From: Scenedesmus sp. PABB004
Lineage: Eukaryota
Reading direction: 5' to 3'
Assembly: GCA_014905635.1 (NCBI GenBank)
Contig: CM026548.1
Location: 1,364,001-1,428,000 of the forward strand
Length of the DNA stretch: 64,000 bases
This document shows, one piece after another, positions 24,263 to 35,489 of the stretch (its first letter is position 1; each line of letters begins with the position of its first letter). Below the pieces are notes generated by a model that was given only the letters and a program-made list of their open reading frames with translations, searched no databases and was not told where the DNA came from. A program made the translations under genes and the position numbers.

Positions 24263-24520
24263 CCCCTGCCACCGGCCGGAGAGTGTGCCGCCGGGCCGGC
24301 GCCGCCCCCCGGCTGCGCCGACGCAGCTGCGGGGCGGCGGCTTTGGCTGGCGGCACTGTCGCCGCCAGGCGGCCGGGGCAGCTCAGCGCGTGGTTGGGTG
24401 GCTGCACGAGGCGCATGTGAGGCTGCGGCGGCGAGTTGAGTTGGACGCGCCCGCGTGCGTGCTGCGCGCGCGTGCGGGGCGGCGGGCGGCGGGCGCGCGC
24501 TGGCCGGCTGGTCGCGGGCT

Positions 24521-24593
24521 GCGGCAGGTGCCGGCCGGCGGCGCGCGCGCCTGCTGCAACTCCCCTCTGCCGCTGCGCTGGCCGCCGCCGCCG
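24521..24593 (+). repeat. Element R, partial copy 4 (first ~70 bp) downstream of LRR copy 2
   Basis: gcggcaggtgccggccggcggcgcgcgcgcctgctgcaactcccctctgccgctgcgctggccgccgccgccg matches the R start. It is followed by a 23-bp tandem duplication (ctcaggagggtcgcgtgcggcgg x2, 24614-24659). Confidence 0.8.
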
Positions 24594-25338
24594 GGGGGTG
24601 CTGGCTGGCTGCGCTCAGGAGGGTCGCGTGCGGCGGCTCAGGAGGGTCGCGTGCGGCGGTTGCACACACCGCCGCGACAACCCAACGCCCCCTCCCCCCG
24701 CAGCGCCTGCGGGCTGCGTGCGTTGGCGTCGGCCCAGGTCGCGGCCGCGCGCTGGTCGGTCGGTCAGTCAGCGAGCGCCGAGCTCCCCGCCCCGCCCCGC
24801 AAGAGAAAGAGAGGCCGCCGCAGCGGCCGCCCCGCGCGCCGCAGCGCGGTCGGGGGCTGGCACCACGCCCCCACCACCAGCAGCTCTGCGAAGAGAGACC
24901 CGTCCGTGCGCAGAGGCTCCGTGTCAATTCAAAGCGCGCCGCACGCCGCCCGCCGCCAAGCCGTCCGCTGCCGAGTGCACGCGTCCTACCTATCGCAGTG
25001 CCCGCCCAGGCGCTTCTACTGTACACGCACGCAGGCCCCCCGTCTACACGCAGGCCCGCCCGCGCAGCAGGCAGTGCGCGCGCCGGCAGCGCACGCGGCA
25101 GGCGACCGCGCCACGCGCCGCGCAGCGGCCGCGCAGCGAGGCGCAGCGGGGCGCCGCCGCCGCCGGCGCGGCCCGAGGCGATGCAGTCATGCCCCGCCCG
25201 CACTGGCGCGGGCGGGCAATCACGGCGGCGCGCGCGCGCGCCTGCACAGGTGGTGCAAGCAGTGCTGCCGGCCGCCAGAGCGCGGCGGCGGCGCGGGCGC
25301 CGCGCCGGCCCGGCCGGGCCGGCGCGGCGCGGGGGGCC

Positions 25339-27019
25339 TCAGCAGCAGGGCACCTGGATGGCGTGCGGCGTCTCCTTGACCTCCGTCTTCTTCAGGTGCA
25401 GCGCGACCTCGCGGCAGCAGCTGCGCAGCTGCGCGAGCACCGGCTCGGGCAGGCTCGTGAACATCGCGCTCACCACCGCCGCGTCCTTGCTCGACGACAG
25501 CGGCGGCAGGCTGGCCATGCTGCCCACGCCCGCCAGCACCGCGCGCACCGCGAGGCTGAGCTGCTCGTTCAGCTCGCCCTCGCCGCCCGCTGCGGCGCCG
25601 GCGGCGGCGGTGGCGGCGCTGCTGCTGCTGCTGCCCGCCGCGCGGCCGCGCCGGCCGCGCCACCCGCCGCGAGGCGGCCGCGCAGCTCCGCGATGGTCCC
25701 CTCCTGCTGCTCGATGCGCAGTCCCTGGCTCTGCAGCTGCGCGGCCTGGCGCGACAGCTGCGCCGCCTGGCTCTCCAGCTGCGCCGCCTGCTGGCCGATC
25801 GTCTGCTGCTGCGCCGCGAGCCGCGCCTGCTGCTCCGCGACCACGCCCTGCAGCTGCCCGTTGCGCTGCGCGAGCTCGCCGTTGGCCGCCTCCAGCGTGT
25901 TGAGCTGCCCGAGGCGCGTGCTCAGCTCCTCCACCGTGCCCTGCAGGCTGCTGTACTTCTGCTTCTTGCGCTCCCTGCGGGGCGCAGCAGCCCGGCGCGC
26001 GCGGCGCGGCGGCGGGCGGCGCGTCGGCGGCCGGCCGGGCGCCGCGCCGCGCCCCGCGCATGCATGCGGCGCGGCCGCAGGGGCGCTGCGCGCGCGCGTG
26101 CGCGGGCGTGCGCGCTGGGGGCGCTGCAGTGCAGCGCGCTGCGGGCGCGCGCGCCGCCGGCCGGCGCACCTGTAGCGCTGCTGCGCGAGGCGGTTGAGCT
26201 CCTGCTGCTTCGCGTTGCGGATGCGGCGGCGGCGCTTCGGCGCGCCCTTGCCGCCGGCGCCGCTGCCGCCGCCGCCGCTGACGGCGCCCATGTCGTCGGT
26301 GTCGGTGTCGTACGCCGGCTCGGCCTTGACGGGCGCCGGCGGCGGCGCCGCCGCCGCCTTCTTTGCCGCGGTCTTCCTGGCCGCCACGCGCGCGGGCGCC
26401 GTGGTCGCCGCCGGCGGCGCGGGCGCCGCGGGGGGTGCGGCCAGCGGCACGCCCATCACGCCCAGCCTGCGATCGGGCCGGCGGCGCGCGTGCCGGCCGG
26501 TCGTGAGCGCGGCGTGCGCTGCTGCGCCGCCGCGCCGCTGCCGCTGGCGCTGCGGGGGGCGCCGCCAGGCCGCGGCTCACCGCTGGACCGCCTCGGCGAC
26601 GGGACCTGCCGCCTCCAGCGCCGACGCCTCGGCCGCGTGGGCGCCGCGCAGCGCGTGCGCCACCAGGGAGACGCCACCTGCGCGCGCGGGCGGGCGCGTG
26701 AGCCGGGACGCCCACGAGGCGCGGCGTTCAGCGACGCGCGTCGCCCCGAGCGGCCCGGGCGGCGGTGCAGGGCGCGGCGGGGGCGAGGAAGCCTCCAAGG
26801 AGTTCGGTTGAGCTGCATGCCGCGCCCGCGCCTCGTCCGCGCACCTGGCCCTCCGCGCACGCCACAGGGCGGCTGGATCGCCAGGGGCGCCTCCTCCAGG
26901 GGCGCCAGGAGGTCCAGCTCCATGCTGCCGCGCGGGGAGGCCGTCTCCTGCGACGGCTCCCACAGCTGCGCCAGGAAGGCGTCGGTGGGGTCGCCCGGCG
27001 CCAGGACCGGCGAGTCCAT
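25339..27019 (-). CDS. bZIP transcription factor (multi-exon)
   Basis: KRRRRIRNAKQQELNRLAQQRYR|ERKKQK basic region (N-x7-R) followed by leucine heptads LQGTVEELSTRLGQLNTLEAANGEL; ends QVPCC*. Confidence 0.85.
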
Positions 27020-27469
27020 GGTGCCCCGGTCTGAACGCTCGAGCGCGTGCGCCGGGCGCGGACCGTGGGCGAGAAAAAAGCGCGCCGAAGGAGGCGCGTG
27101 GCCTCGCGTAAGGCGGGGCGGTGCCTGGGAGCAAGTCCAGGGCGAGCGCGGTCACGCCGGGAGTGGGGCGCACAGAGCGGGGCGGCGGGGCGCGACCTGT
27201 GGCCGCGCCGGCAGCAGCGGTTCGGGGCTCGGCAGCGCGCCGCCGCTGCGCGCCGCACCGCGTCCTGGCGGCCACCGGCCCCGGCAGGACGGCACGGCTT
27301 GCTGAGTTACTCCCGGTCGCCGCCGTGCATGCTGGCCACCCGTGCGCGCGCGGCCGCGGCGCGCCGCTCTCGCCCCGCTCGCCCTCGCACACGCGCACCG
27401 CGCACTCCTGCTGCTCCTACCAAGACAACACGCGGCGCCGGCCCGCCTCTCGCCGCCGGCACGCGGCCG

Positions 27470-28039
27470 TCACTGGTCGGCGAGCTTGTACAGCCCGAGC
27501 GCAGGGAGAACGAAGCGGAAGACCACCCACGCGCCGCCGACGACCCACGCCGCGCCCCAGGCGAGCTGGTTGGCCCAGAACAGCAGGCCCCGCTTGCCGA
27601 GGTAGAGCTCGGCGGCGCGGTCGGCGAGGTCCATGGACTCCCAGCCCTCGGGCAGCAGCTGCCCCTCGCGCCACTCCGCGCGCGCGCTGCCGGCGTCCGC
27701 CTGGTCCGCCTTGGGCGTGACGTTGCGGATGGGGATCGCGCGCCGTGCGCCCTTGGCCTTGCGCGACGCCGCCTCGAGCGCCTCGATGCGCGCCTCTGCG
27801 TCCGCGTCGCCCCCGTCGCCGCCGGGCGGCGGCGGCGCCGGCGACGGCCCCGCGGCGGCGCGGACGGGCCAGGCGGCGCGCGGCCGCCGCCGCGCCGCGG
27901 CGCTAGCGGCGCGCGGCGCTGCTGCCGCTGCCGCTGCCGCTGCCGCTGCCGCTGCCGCTGCCGCTGCCGCCGGCCGCCGGTGCGCCGCCGCGGGCGCCAC
28001 GCCGGCGCCCGTGCGGGCGCCCAGGCGGGCCAGCGCCAT
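27470..28039 (-). CDS. Conserved green-lineage plastid/thylakoid membrane protein (At3g51510-like)
   Basis: [50 protein letters not shown] matches my recollection of the family consensus; transit-like N-terminus. Confidence 0.7.
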   Translation of the reverse strand: MALARLGARTGAGVAPAAAHRRPAAAAAAAAAAAAAAAAAAPRAASAAARRRPRAAWPVRAAAGPSPAPPPPGGDGGDADAEARIEALEAASRKAKGARRAIPIRNVTPKADQADAGSARAEWREGQLLPEGWESMDLADRAAELYLGKRGLLFWANQLAWGAAWVVGGAWVVFRFVLPALGLYKLADQ

Positions 28040-28352
28040 GCCCGCGCCCTCGCGCCGCCCTGCGCGCCCTGGGCGCCGCGATTGCGGATCTGCTGCGAGG
28101 GCCCGCGCTGCTGCCTGGCCGAGCTGCCTGGCCTCGGGCGCGGCGAGCGGGAGATGCGACGGGGCTGAGTTGTGGCGCGGCTCCGGCGGTGGGAGGGCGT
28201 GCGGCGGGGCGTCGGCGCGTCGCGCGTCGGGGCGCAGCAGAATGACACGATGCCCCCGCTCACCCCGGCCAAACGCGGGCGCGACCCTGCGCGCCGCACC
28301 TTTCCCGGCGCCCCCCGCCCCTCCCGCGCCCCTCCACGCGCCCCCTCCACCC

Positions 28353-30955
28353 ATGGCGCTCGCCATGGCCTCCTCCAGGCTGCCGGTGCGCGCGCCGCGC
28401 CCGCTGCGCGCGCCGGGGTCGCGCGCCGCCGCGCGCCCGCTCACGCCTGCCCCGACGCAACCCGCGCGCAGGTGCGGGGCGCCAGCGTGCGCTCCCCGGC
28501 CCCTGGTGAGCGCACAACGCCCACACGGCGCCGCGATGGCGCGGCGCGCCCGCCCGCGGCGCCGTCTGACCCTGATCGCCGCCGCTTTCCGCAGGCTCCA
28601 TCAAGCGCTCCAGCCTGCTGCCCGGCCGGCGCGTCGCGGTGCGGGCCGCGAGGGCGTCCCGGCCTCTCGCCCGCGCCAGCGCCGTCTGCTCACCCGGGCG
28701 CTGCCTCGCCGCGCGCCGCGCAGGCGCCCAGGATCGTGGGCCAGGCCGCCGCGGTCGAGGTGCCCGTCGGGCAGCTGCCCGCGGCCGAGCGCGCGCAGCT
28801 GGCCGAGCAGTGGGGCTACCGGACCATCGGCCAGGAGCTGCCCGACGGCGTCTCCCTCACCGACATCGTCAAGTCCATGCCCGAGGACGTGCGTGGCGCC
28901 CGCCCGCGGCCGGCGGCGGCGGCGGCAGCGGCGCGCGCCGCTGGCGCAGCGGCGCGCGCGCGCGCCCGCTCACCGCGCCGCGCCGCCGGCGCGCGCGCAG
29001 GTGTTTGACCTCAACATGGGCAAGGCCTGGGGCGCGGTGGTGACCACGCTGGTCAGCGTGTCGGCGAGCCTCTACCTCATCAGCGTCAGCCCCTGGTACC
29101 TGCTGCCCTTTGCCTGGTTCATCGCGGGCACCGCGTTCACCGGGGTGCGCCCGCCCGCGCCCCCGCGCCCGCCCGCGGCCCAGCGGCCGCCCGCGCCCCA
29201 GCGGCCGCCGCCGCCCCCGGCGCGCCCCGCGGCCGGCCGCGCCCCCGGCGCGCGCCGCACGACGCTCGCGCCCCCGCACGGCGCGCGCGCGCGGCAGCGG
29301 CCGCCGCCGCCCGCGGCCGTCGCGCCCGCTCAGCCGCCGCGCCGCCTGCGCCGCCGCGCCCGCTCACCCGCCGGCCCCTGCTCACCCGCTGCGCGCCGTG
29401 CCGCTGCCGCTGCCGCCCGCCGTCAGTTTTTCGTGATCGGGCACGACTGCGGGCACCGGAGCTTCAGCGAGAACAAGCTGCTGGAGGACATCGTCGGCAC
29501 GCTCGCGTTCATGCCCCTCATCTACCCCTTTGAGCCCTGGAGGATCAAGCACAACCAGCACCACGCGCAGACCAACAAGTGCGCCGCGCAGCGCCGCGCA
29601 GCGCCGCGCAGCGCCCGCCGCCGCCGCAGCGCCGCGCCGCGCAGCGGTGCAACGCCGGCGCGGGCTCGGGCCTGTGGCCGCCGCCGCCGCTCACGCGGCG
29701 CCCCGCGCCCCGCGCGCTTCGCGCCGCGCCGCCCCTAGGCTGGTGGAGGACACGGCGTGGCACCCGGTGATGCCGGCGGAGATTGAGAAGTGGAGCCCCA
29801 CGCAGAAGGCGATCTACCAGACCTTCCTGGGCAGCCCGCTCAAGCTCTGGGCGAGCGTGGGCCACTGGTGGATCTGGCACTTTGACCTCGCCAAGTACAC
29901 GGAGAAGCAGAAGCCGCGGGTGCGCGCAGCGCAGCGCGCGCAGCGCGGCAGCAGCGCGGGCGCCAGCAGCAGCGCGGCGGCGGCGCGGGCGCCAGCAGCA
30001 GCGCGGGGGCGCGCAGCGCAGCGCGCGCAGCAGCGGGAGGGGCGCGGGGCAGCAGGGCGGGCGCGCGCAGCAGCGCGGGCGCGCGCAGCAGTGCGGGGGC
30101 GCAGCAGCAGCAGCACGCCCCGGCGCCCGCGCGCGCCCTACCCACGCCCCTGCCGCCGCCCCCGTCCCCACGCCCGCCCGCGCGCCGCGGCGCGCAGGTG
30201 CTCGTCTCGCTCGCCGCGGTCGCGGCGTTTGCGCTGATCGCGCTGCCCGCGCTCGGCGCGGCGACGGGCGTGGGCGGCGTGGTCAAGTACTGGCTGATGC
30301 CGTGGCTGGGGTACCACTTCTGGATGTCCACCTTCACCGTGGTGCACCACACCGCGCCGCACATCCCGTTCAAGCCCGCGGAGGAGTGGAACGCGGCCAA
30401 GGCGCAGCTGAGCGGCACGGTCGACTGCGAGTACCCGCGGTGGGTCGAGTTCCTCTGCCACGACATCAGCGTCCACGTCCCGCACCACGTGAGCAGCAAG
30501 ATCCCCTGGTACAACCTGCGCAAGGCCAACGAGAGCCTCAAGGCCAACTGGGGCCAGTACATGACGAGCTGCACCTTCAACTGGCGCATGATGAAGACCA
30601 TCTTCACCGGTGAGGCGCCCGCCGGCGGGGGGCCGGCAGGGTTTAGTGGGGCGAGGCGGGCGGGCAGGGTTTAGAGGGAGGGGCCGGCGGGAGGGAGGGA
30701 GGGACGGAGGCGCCCGCGCGCGCCCGCCGCGCGCGCGCAGCGCGCTCGACGCGCTCGACGCGCCCCGCCGCCTCGCGCGCCGCGGTCCACGCGCCGCGGC
30801 CCGCTCACGCACGCGCCCGCCGCCGCGGCCCGCTCACGCGCGCGCGCGCAGAGCTGCACGTGTACGACAAGACCAAGAATTACGTGCCCTTTGACGCCGC
30901 CCAGCCGGAGCCCTTCTTCGAGGTGCAGCGCAAGGTCATCCCCGGCTCGCCCTGA
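28353..30955 (+). CDS. FAD6: Plastid omega-6 fatty acid desaturase (multi-exon)
   Basis: His boxes [63 protein letters not shown]. Confidence 0.95.
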
Positions 30956-31661
30956 GCCCCGCCGCGTGCGCAGGCGGCGGGCGCGGCGGCCCGGCGCGCG
31001 CCGGCAGCAGGCGCTGCCGGCCGGCACGCGGCCGCCGCGCCCGGGCGCCGCCCGGCGCGGCGCGCGCGGTGCGCGCGCGCCCGCGTCGGAAAAACGCGCA
31101 GCGGCGCGCGCGTGTGGTTGTTTTCTGCATCTAGAGCGCCGGGCGGCCCGCGGGGCGCGCGGCGCGGGGGGCGCGAGGGTGCGGCGCGCCGCCGCCGCGC
31201 GGCGGCGCCGCGCAGCGGGACGCGGCAGCTGATGACAGCCCAGCACAGCCGGCGGCCCGGCGCGCGCGAGCGGCATCGACCGCGCCCGGCGCGGCCGCCC
31301 GGAGGGCGCATCACTGCCAGGCTGCGCGGCGCTCGCATACGGCGCGGCGGCGGCGCGCGCGCGCACCGCGCCCCCGCGCGCGCCCCGCGGGCTGGGCGTC
31401 CGGGCGCGCAGGGACCAATTGTGTGCGCGCGGGCCGCGCGGCAGCAGCGGCTGTGCTTGAGGGCGGTCGAGCGGGACCCGCGGCGCGACGACGGGGGGCC
31501 GGGCGCGGCGCGGCTCGCGGCTCGCGCGCCGCGTGACCACCCCCGCGCGCGCGCGCACGCGGCGCGGATCCAGAGGAGGGGCGAGGCCGGCGGGGCGGCG
31601 GCGAGGGCGGTGCGTGGTTTTCTCTTTGCTTGCGCGGCAGCGCGCACACGTGTTTGAGGGT

Positions 31662-31858
31662 CGTGTCGTCTGTTGCCGGCGGCCCCCCAGGGACCGGCGC
31701 GGGCGGCGCGGCGCGGCGCCGTGCATTCGCGGCGCGCGCGCCGCCCGCGCTCAGCCGGCGGCCAGGGCGCGCGCGCCGGCGCGCCAGCGGCGTGCGCGCG
31801 CCCCTGGGCCCAGTTGTGGCAGCGTAACTGAGCGAGTGACCGCAGAGCGCTGCTGCCG
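31662..31858 (+). repeat. ~197-bp direct repeat, left copy
   Basis: Near-identical (about 4 mismatches seen) to 43872-44068 at a constant offset of 12210. Confidence 0.95.
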
Positions 31859-32885
31859 GGAGCCAGCCAGCCAGCCAGGCAGGACGAGATCGATGACCGC
31901 CGCCCGCCTGCGCGCCGGACCCGCCGCGCGCAGCAGCCCCGTCGCCGCGGCCACGAACGAGCGTGAGGGGCTTCAGCTGTACAGGCTGATCTCGTCCAGG
32001 GGACTTCCAGGGCGACAAGAACGACGCGGTCGCGGCGGCGACGGACCCCGAGCGTCTAAGCGGTCACTACCCGGCGTCGGGGTCGATCGTGAACGCGCTG
32101 CTCAACAACCAGTGAGCCGGGGCGGCGCCGGCTCGCGCGGGCGCGCGCACAGCGCGCACGCGCCTGCGCGTGCCCGCGTGCGCGCAGCGCGGCCGGGCGG
32201 CTAAACACGGGCGCCCGCGCGCCGCGGCGGCCCGCGCGGCGGAGAACAACGCCCCAGGCGGCCGTCCCAGCCGGCGGCCGGCGCGTTGAGCAGCGGCAGC
32301 GCGTACTGCAGGAAGGGGTAGACCGCCGCCGCCGCCGACACGGCCTTCTCCCAGCTGTGCAGCTCCGTGAACTTCTTGTGCAGCAGCCTGCGGCGGCGGC
32401 GGCGGCGGGGCCGGCGGCGGGGTCGGCACTCTGTGAGCGTGCACGCGGGCTGTGCGGGCCCGGCGGGCGGGGGCACTCGATTGTGCTGCACGAGGTCGCC
32501 TCCACAACAACAGTTCGCCCGGGTGAGACCGCCCCCCGGCTCCCATCGGACGCCGGAGCCCGCCGGAGCCCGCGCGTCGGACGCTCACGCACTCCCTCGC
32601 CCCAGCCAGGCCCCTCCCACACAGCCACGGACCCGGGCCGGCTCTTGTTCCCCCGCGCCCGCCCCGGGTTGCGCGCTCCGGGAAGGTCGAAGGGCCCCCA
32701 TCAGGGCCGCCTTCACCACCCCTCAGCGCTCGACGAGGCGCGGGCGCCATGGCCCCACGCGGGTGCGTGGAGGACGGGCTGGACCGGGCTGCCGGCATCT
32801 CGGGCCTTTGCGAGCGCGGTCGAGCGCCGGCAGCCCCTGCACGCCAGCCCGAGCCGGCATGCCTCGTGCCCTCTTTATCAGAGGC

Positions 32886-35457
32886 ATGGCGACTTCTGCA
32901 TCGGAGGCCCGCACGCGGCAGGGGCCGCTGCCGCATGTCGGCCGCCCTCCGCAGCGCGCACGGCCTCTCGCACCGCGCCCATCGGACCGGATCTGAGCCC
33001 ACCGCCGCCCACCGGCGGCGCGCACCCGACCCGCGCCGCTCGCAGGGCGGTGGCACTGGCGCTGGGCGCGGCGCTGCTCGCGGCTGCCGCGGTGGCGCCG
33101 GCGCGCGCGCAAGGCTACGCAAACCTAATCGGCCTCCTTCCCAAAGACCTCAAGTGGGGCGCCACCGGCGACTTCGCCGGCTTCAACGTGAGCAGCGCCG
33201 GGCGACGCCCCGCAGCGTGGACAACACGCCCTTGGGCGGCACGCTAAGTGCGTACGCGCCGCCCGTCGCCGCCTGCAGGGCCTCACACTAGCGCAGAAGA
33301 CGTGCGCGGACCTGCTCAGCCCCAGTCACCCGCTGTATGCGAGCGTGGACGAGTACAACGCGGTCATGGCCTCGATCTTTGTGCGTGGGCGTGCGATGGG
33401 CGCGGCGCGGGCGAGGGCCGCGCGGCCTGCGCCACGGCCGGCCGGCAGGGGCGGCGAGGGGGCCCCACCGACGCATGCACCGCGCCGCGTGCAGGGCCAG
33501 GCCGCCAAGGACCTGAGCGCTACGTTTGACGACCTCAGCGCGGGGCACGCCGACGTGCGGGGCAAGGGGGCCGCGCGCGCCGCGCGCCGCGCGCAGCGCA
33601 AGCGCGCGGGCGGGACTGCTGCCGCAGCTGCGTGCAGCCTGAGCGTGCCTCGCGTGGTGCAGGTGGCGAAGGTGTGGAGCAGAACTGGCCTAAGCGCCCT
33701 AGTTCTGACGGTGAGCGCGCATGCGGGGGCCACTACATTGCGTGGCACGCAGTCTGCGGCACACGCTCAACCCTCAGTCGCATCTTACTGTCTGCGGTGG
33801 CGCAGACGGTGGTCAAATATGCTAAGTGGAAGGCCTGCTTCAAACCATTCCTGCCTTCTTTGAGGAATGCCGGACAGCAGGCCACAGTCGCCCAGGCGGC
33901 AACGGACCCCATGCCTGACTGGGACGACGACGACAGCGTGTGGGACGAGCTGGGGTTTGAGCTGCGTTCTGCTTGGAAGAAGGTCAAGCGCGCCGGTGGA
34001 TCCGTGTTGAAGGTGGTCAAGGACCCAGCAATCGCGATCGGCAGGACCCTCCTCCAGCAGCTCCTCCTCCCGCTGCGCCAGGCAGGCGCCGCCATCAAGC
34101 TGACGGGCGACTTGACGGGCCAGACAGCGCTCAAGAGCACGGGCAAGTTCTTGCGAGACAGATTGGACGCGCCCACCGACAAGGCGCAGGAAATGGTGAA
34201 GGATATGGAAAAGAATTGCCCCAAGGTAGTCTAGGGGCGGCGGGCAGCGTGCAGGCGGCTGCAAGGATCGCTGCAGTCAGCCGCCCGGTCGCACCGTGCG
34301 CGGCCGGCTGTCCCGCGGGCGCCAACCTGCCTTGCCCGTTGTTGCAGTTCGCCAAGTTTGCCAACGGCACCGACAAGGTCCTCTTCGTCTCAGACAAGGG
34401 CCAGCTGCTGGTGAGCGCATGGGCACCGCCGACGGCGCCAGCCGGCCTGCCGCTTGGCCTGCACCTGCTGCCCGCTGCTGCTGACCCGCGGCCGCTGCTC
34501 GCAGTGGGGCTTTTTTGGCACCTTCTTGCTTCTTCCGTCGTCCTACGCTAACTGCGGACTGATGGAGATGCTGGTGCGCCGGGCGCGGGTGGCGGGGCGC
34601 GCTGGGCGCAGCTGGCGCGCCGCGCGCGCGGCTGCCACCCCGCTGACGCTGCGTGCACGGCCACCGCCGCAGCTGAGCCAAGGCGTCGCCGTAGTTAGGG
34701 CGCGTGCTCTTGTAGGCTCTGGCCGCCGGCGTCTTGCCCAAGCGACCTGCACCCAGCCCGAGCCCGGCGTCGAGACCATGGACACGCTGAAGGCGCGCAC
34801 GGCAGGAATGGCCAGCAAGGCCGCGGGGTTCAGGGCGGCCGCCAAGCCCGTTGCCGACAAGACCGACCAGGTGATGGCGGCCCTGCTCACACCAACAGTA
34901 GACGCGTGGCTGGCGCTCGCCGAGGCGGTCGACGCGGTGCAGGACAAGCTGCAGGAGGCTTTGGACTTTTTCAAGTGAGCTCCGCGTGTCTGCCCGCGCG
35001 GCGGGGCAGCGGCGGCGATGTGGTCGCGGGCAAGCCCGCGCGCGCCACGCACCACGCGCCACGCGCGGCGGGCATGGCCTCGCGTCCACGCGCACGCTCC
35101 CCCCCCCCCCCCCCCACGCCCTGCAGGGTCATCCCGACGCCCATATTTGACGTCATTTACGGGTGCGCGCGCTGCACCGCCGCGTGCTGCCTCCCCCGGT
35201 GCGCGGCCCAGAAGCCGCCACCCACGCCCCTGACACCCCCCCCCCGCCCCCGCAGCATTTCGGACTTTTTCAACTCCCTGCCGCCCTGCCCCGACTGGTT
35301 CTGCGGCATCATCGGCGTCATCGGCGGCGTCGTCGACACGCTGGTCGACGCGGCCATTGAATTGTTGGGCATCCCCGGCGTGAGCAGCCTGGTCGACCTC
35401 ATCCGCCACGCTATGGAGGCCATCGCGCCGGTGCGGCCGCGCGGCCGCGGTGCAGCC

Positions 35458-35489
<32 letters not shown>

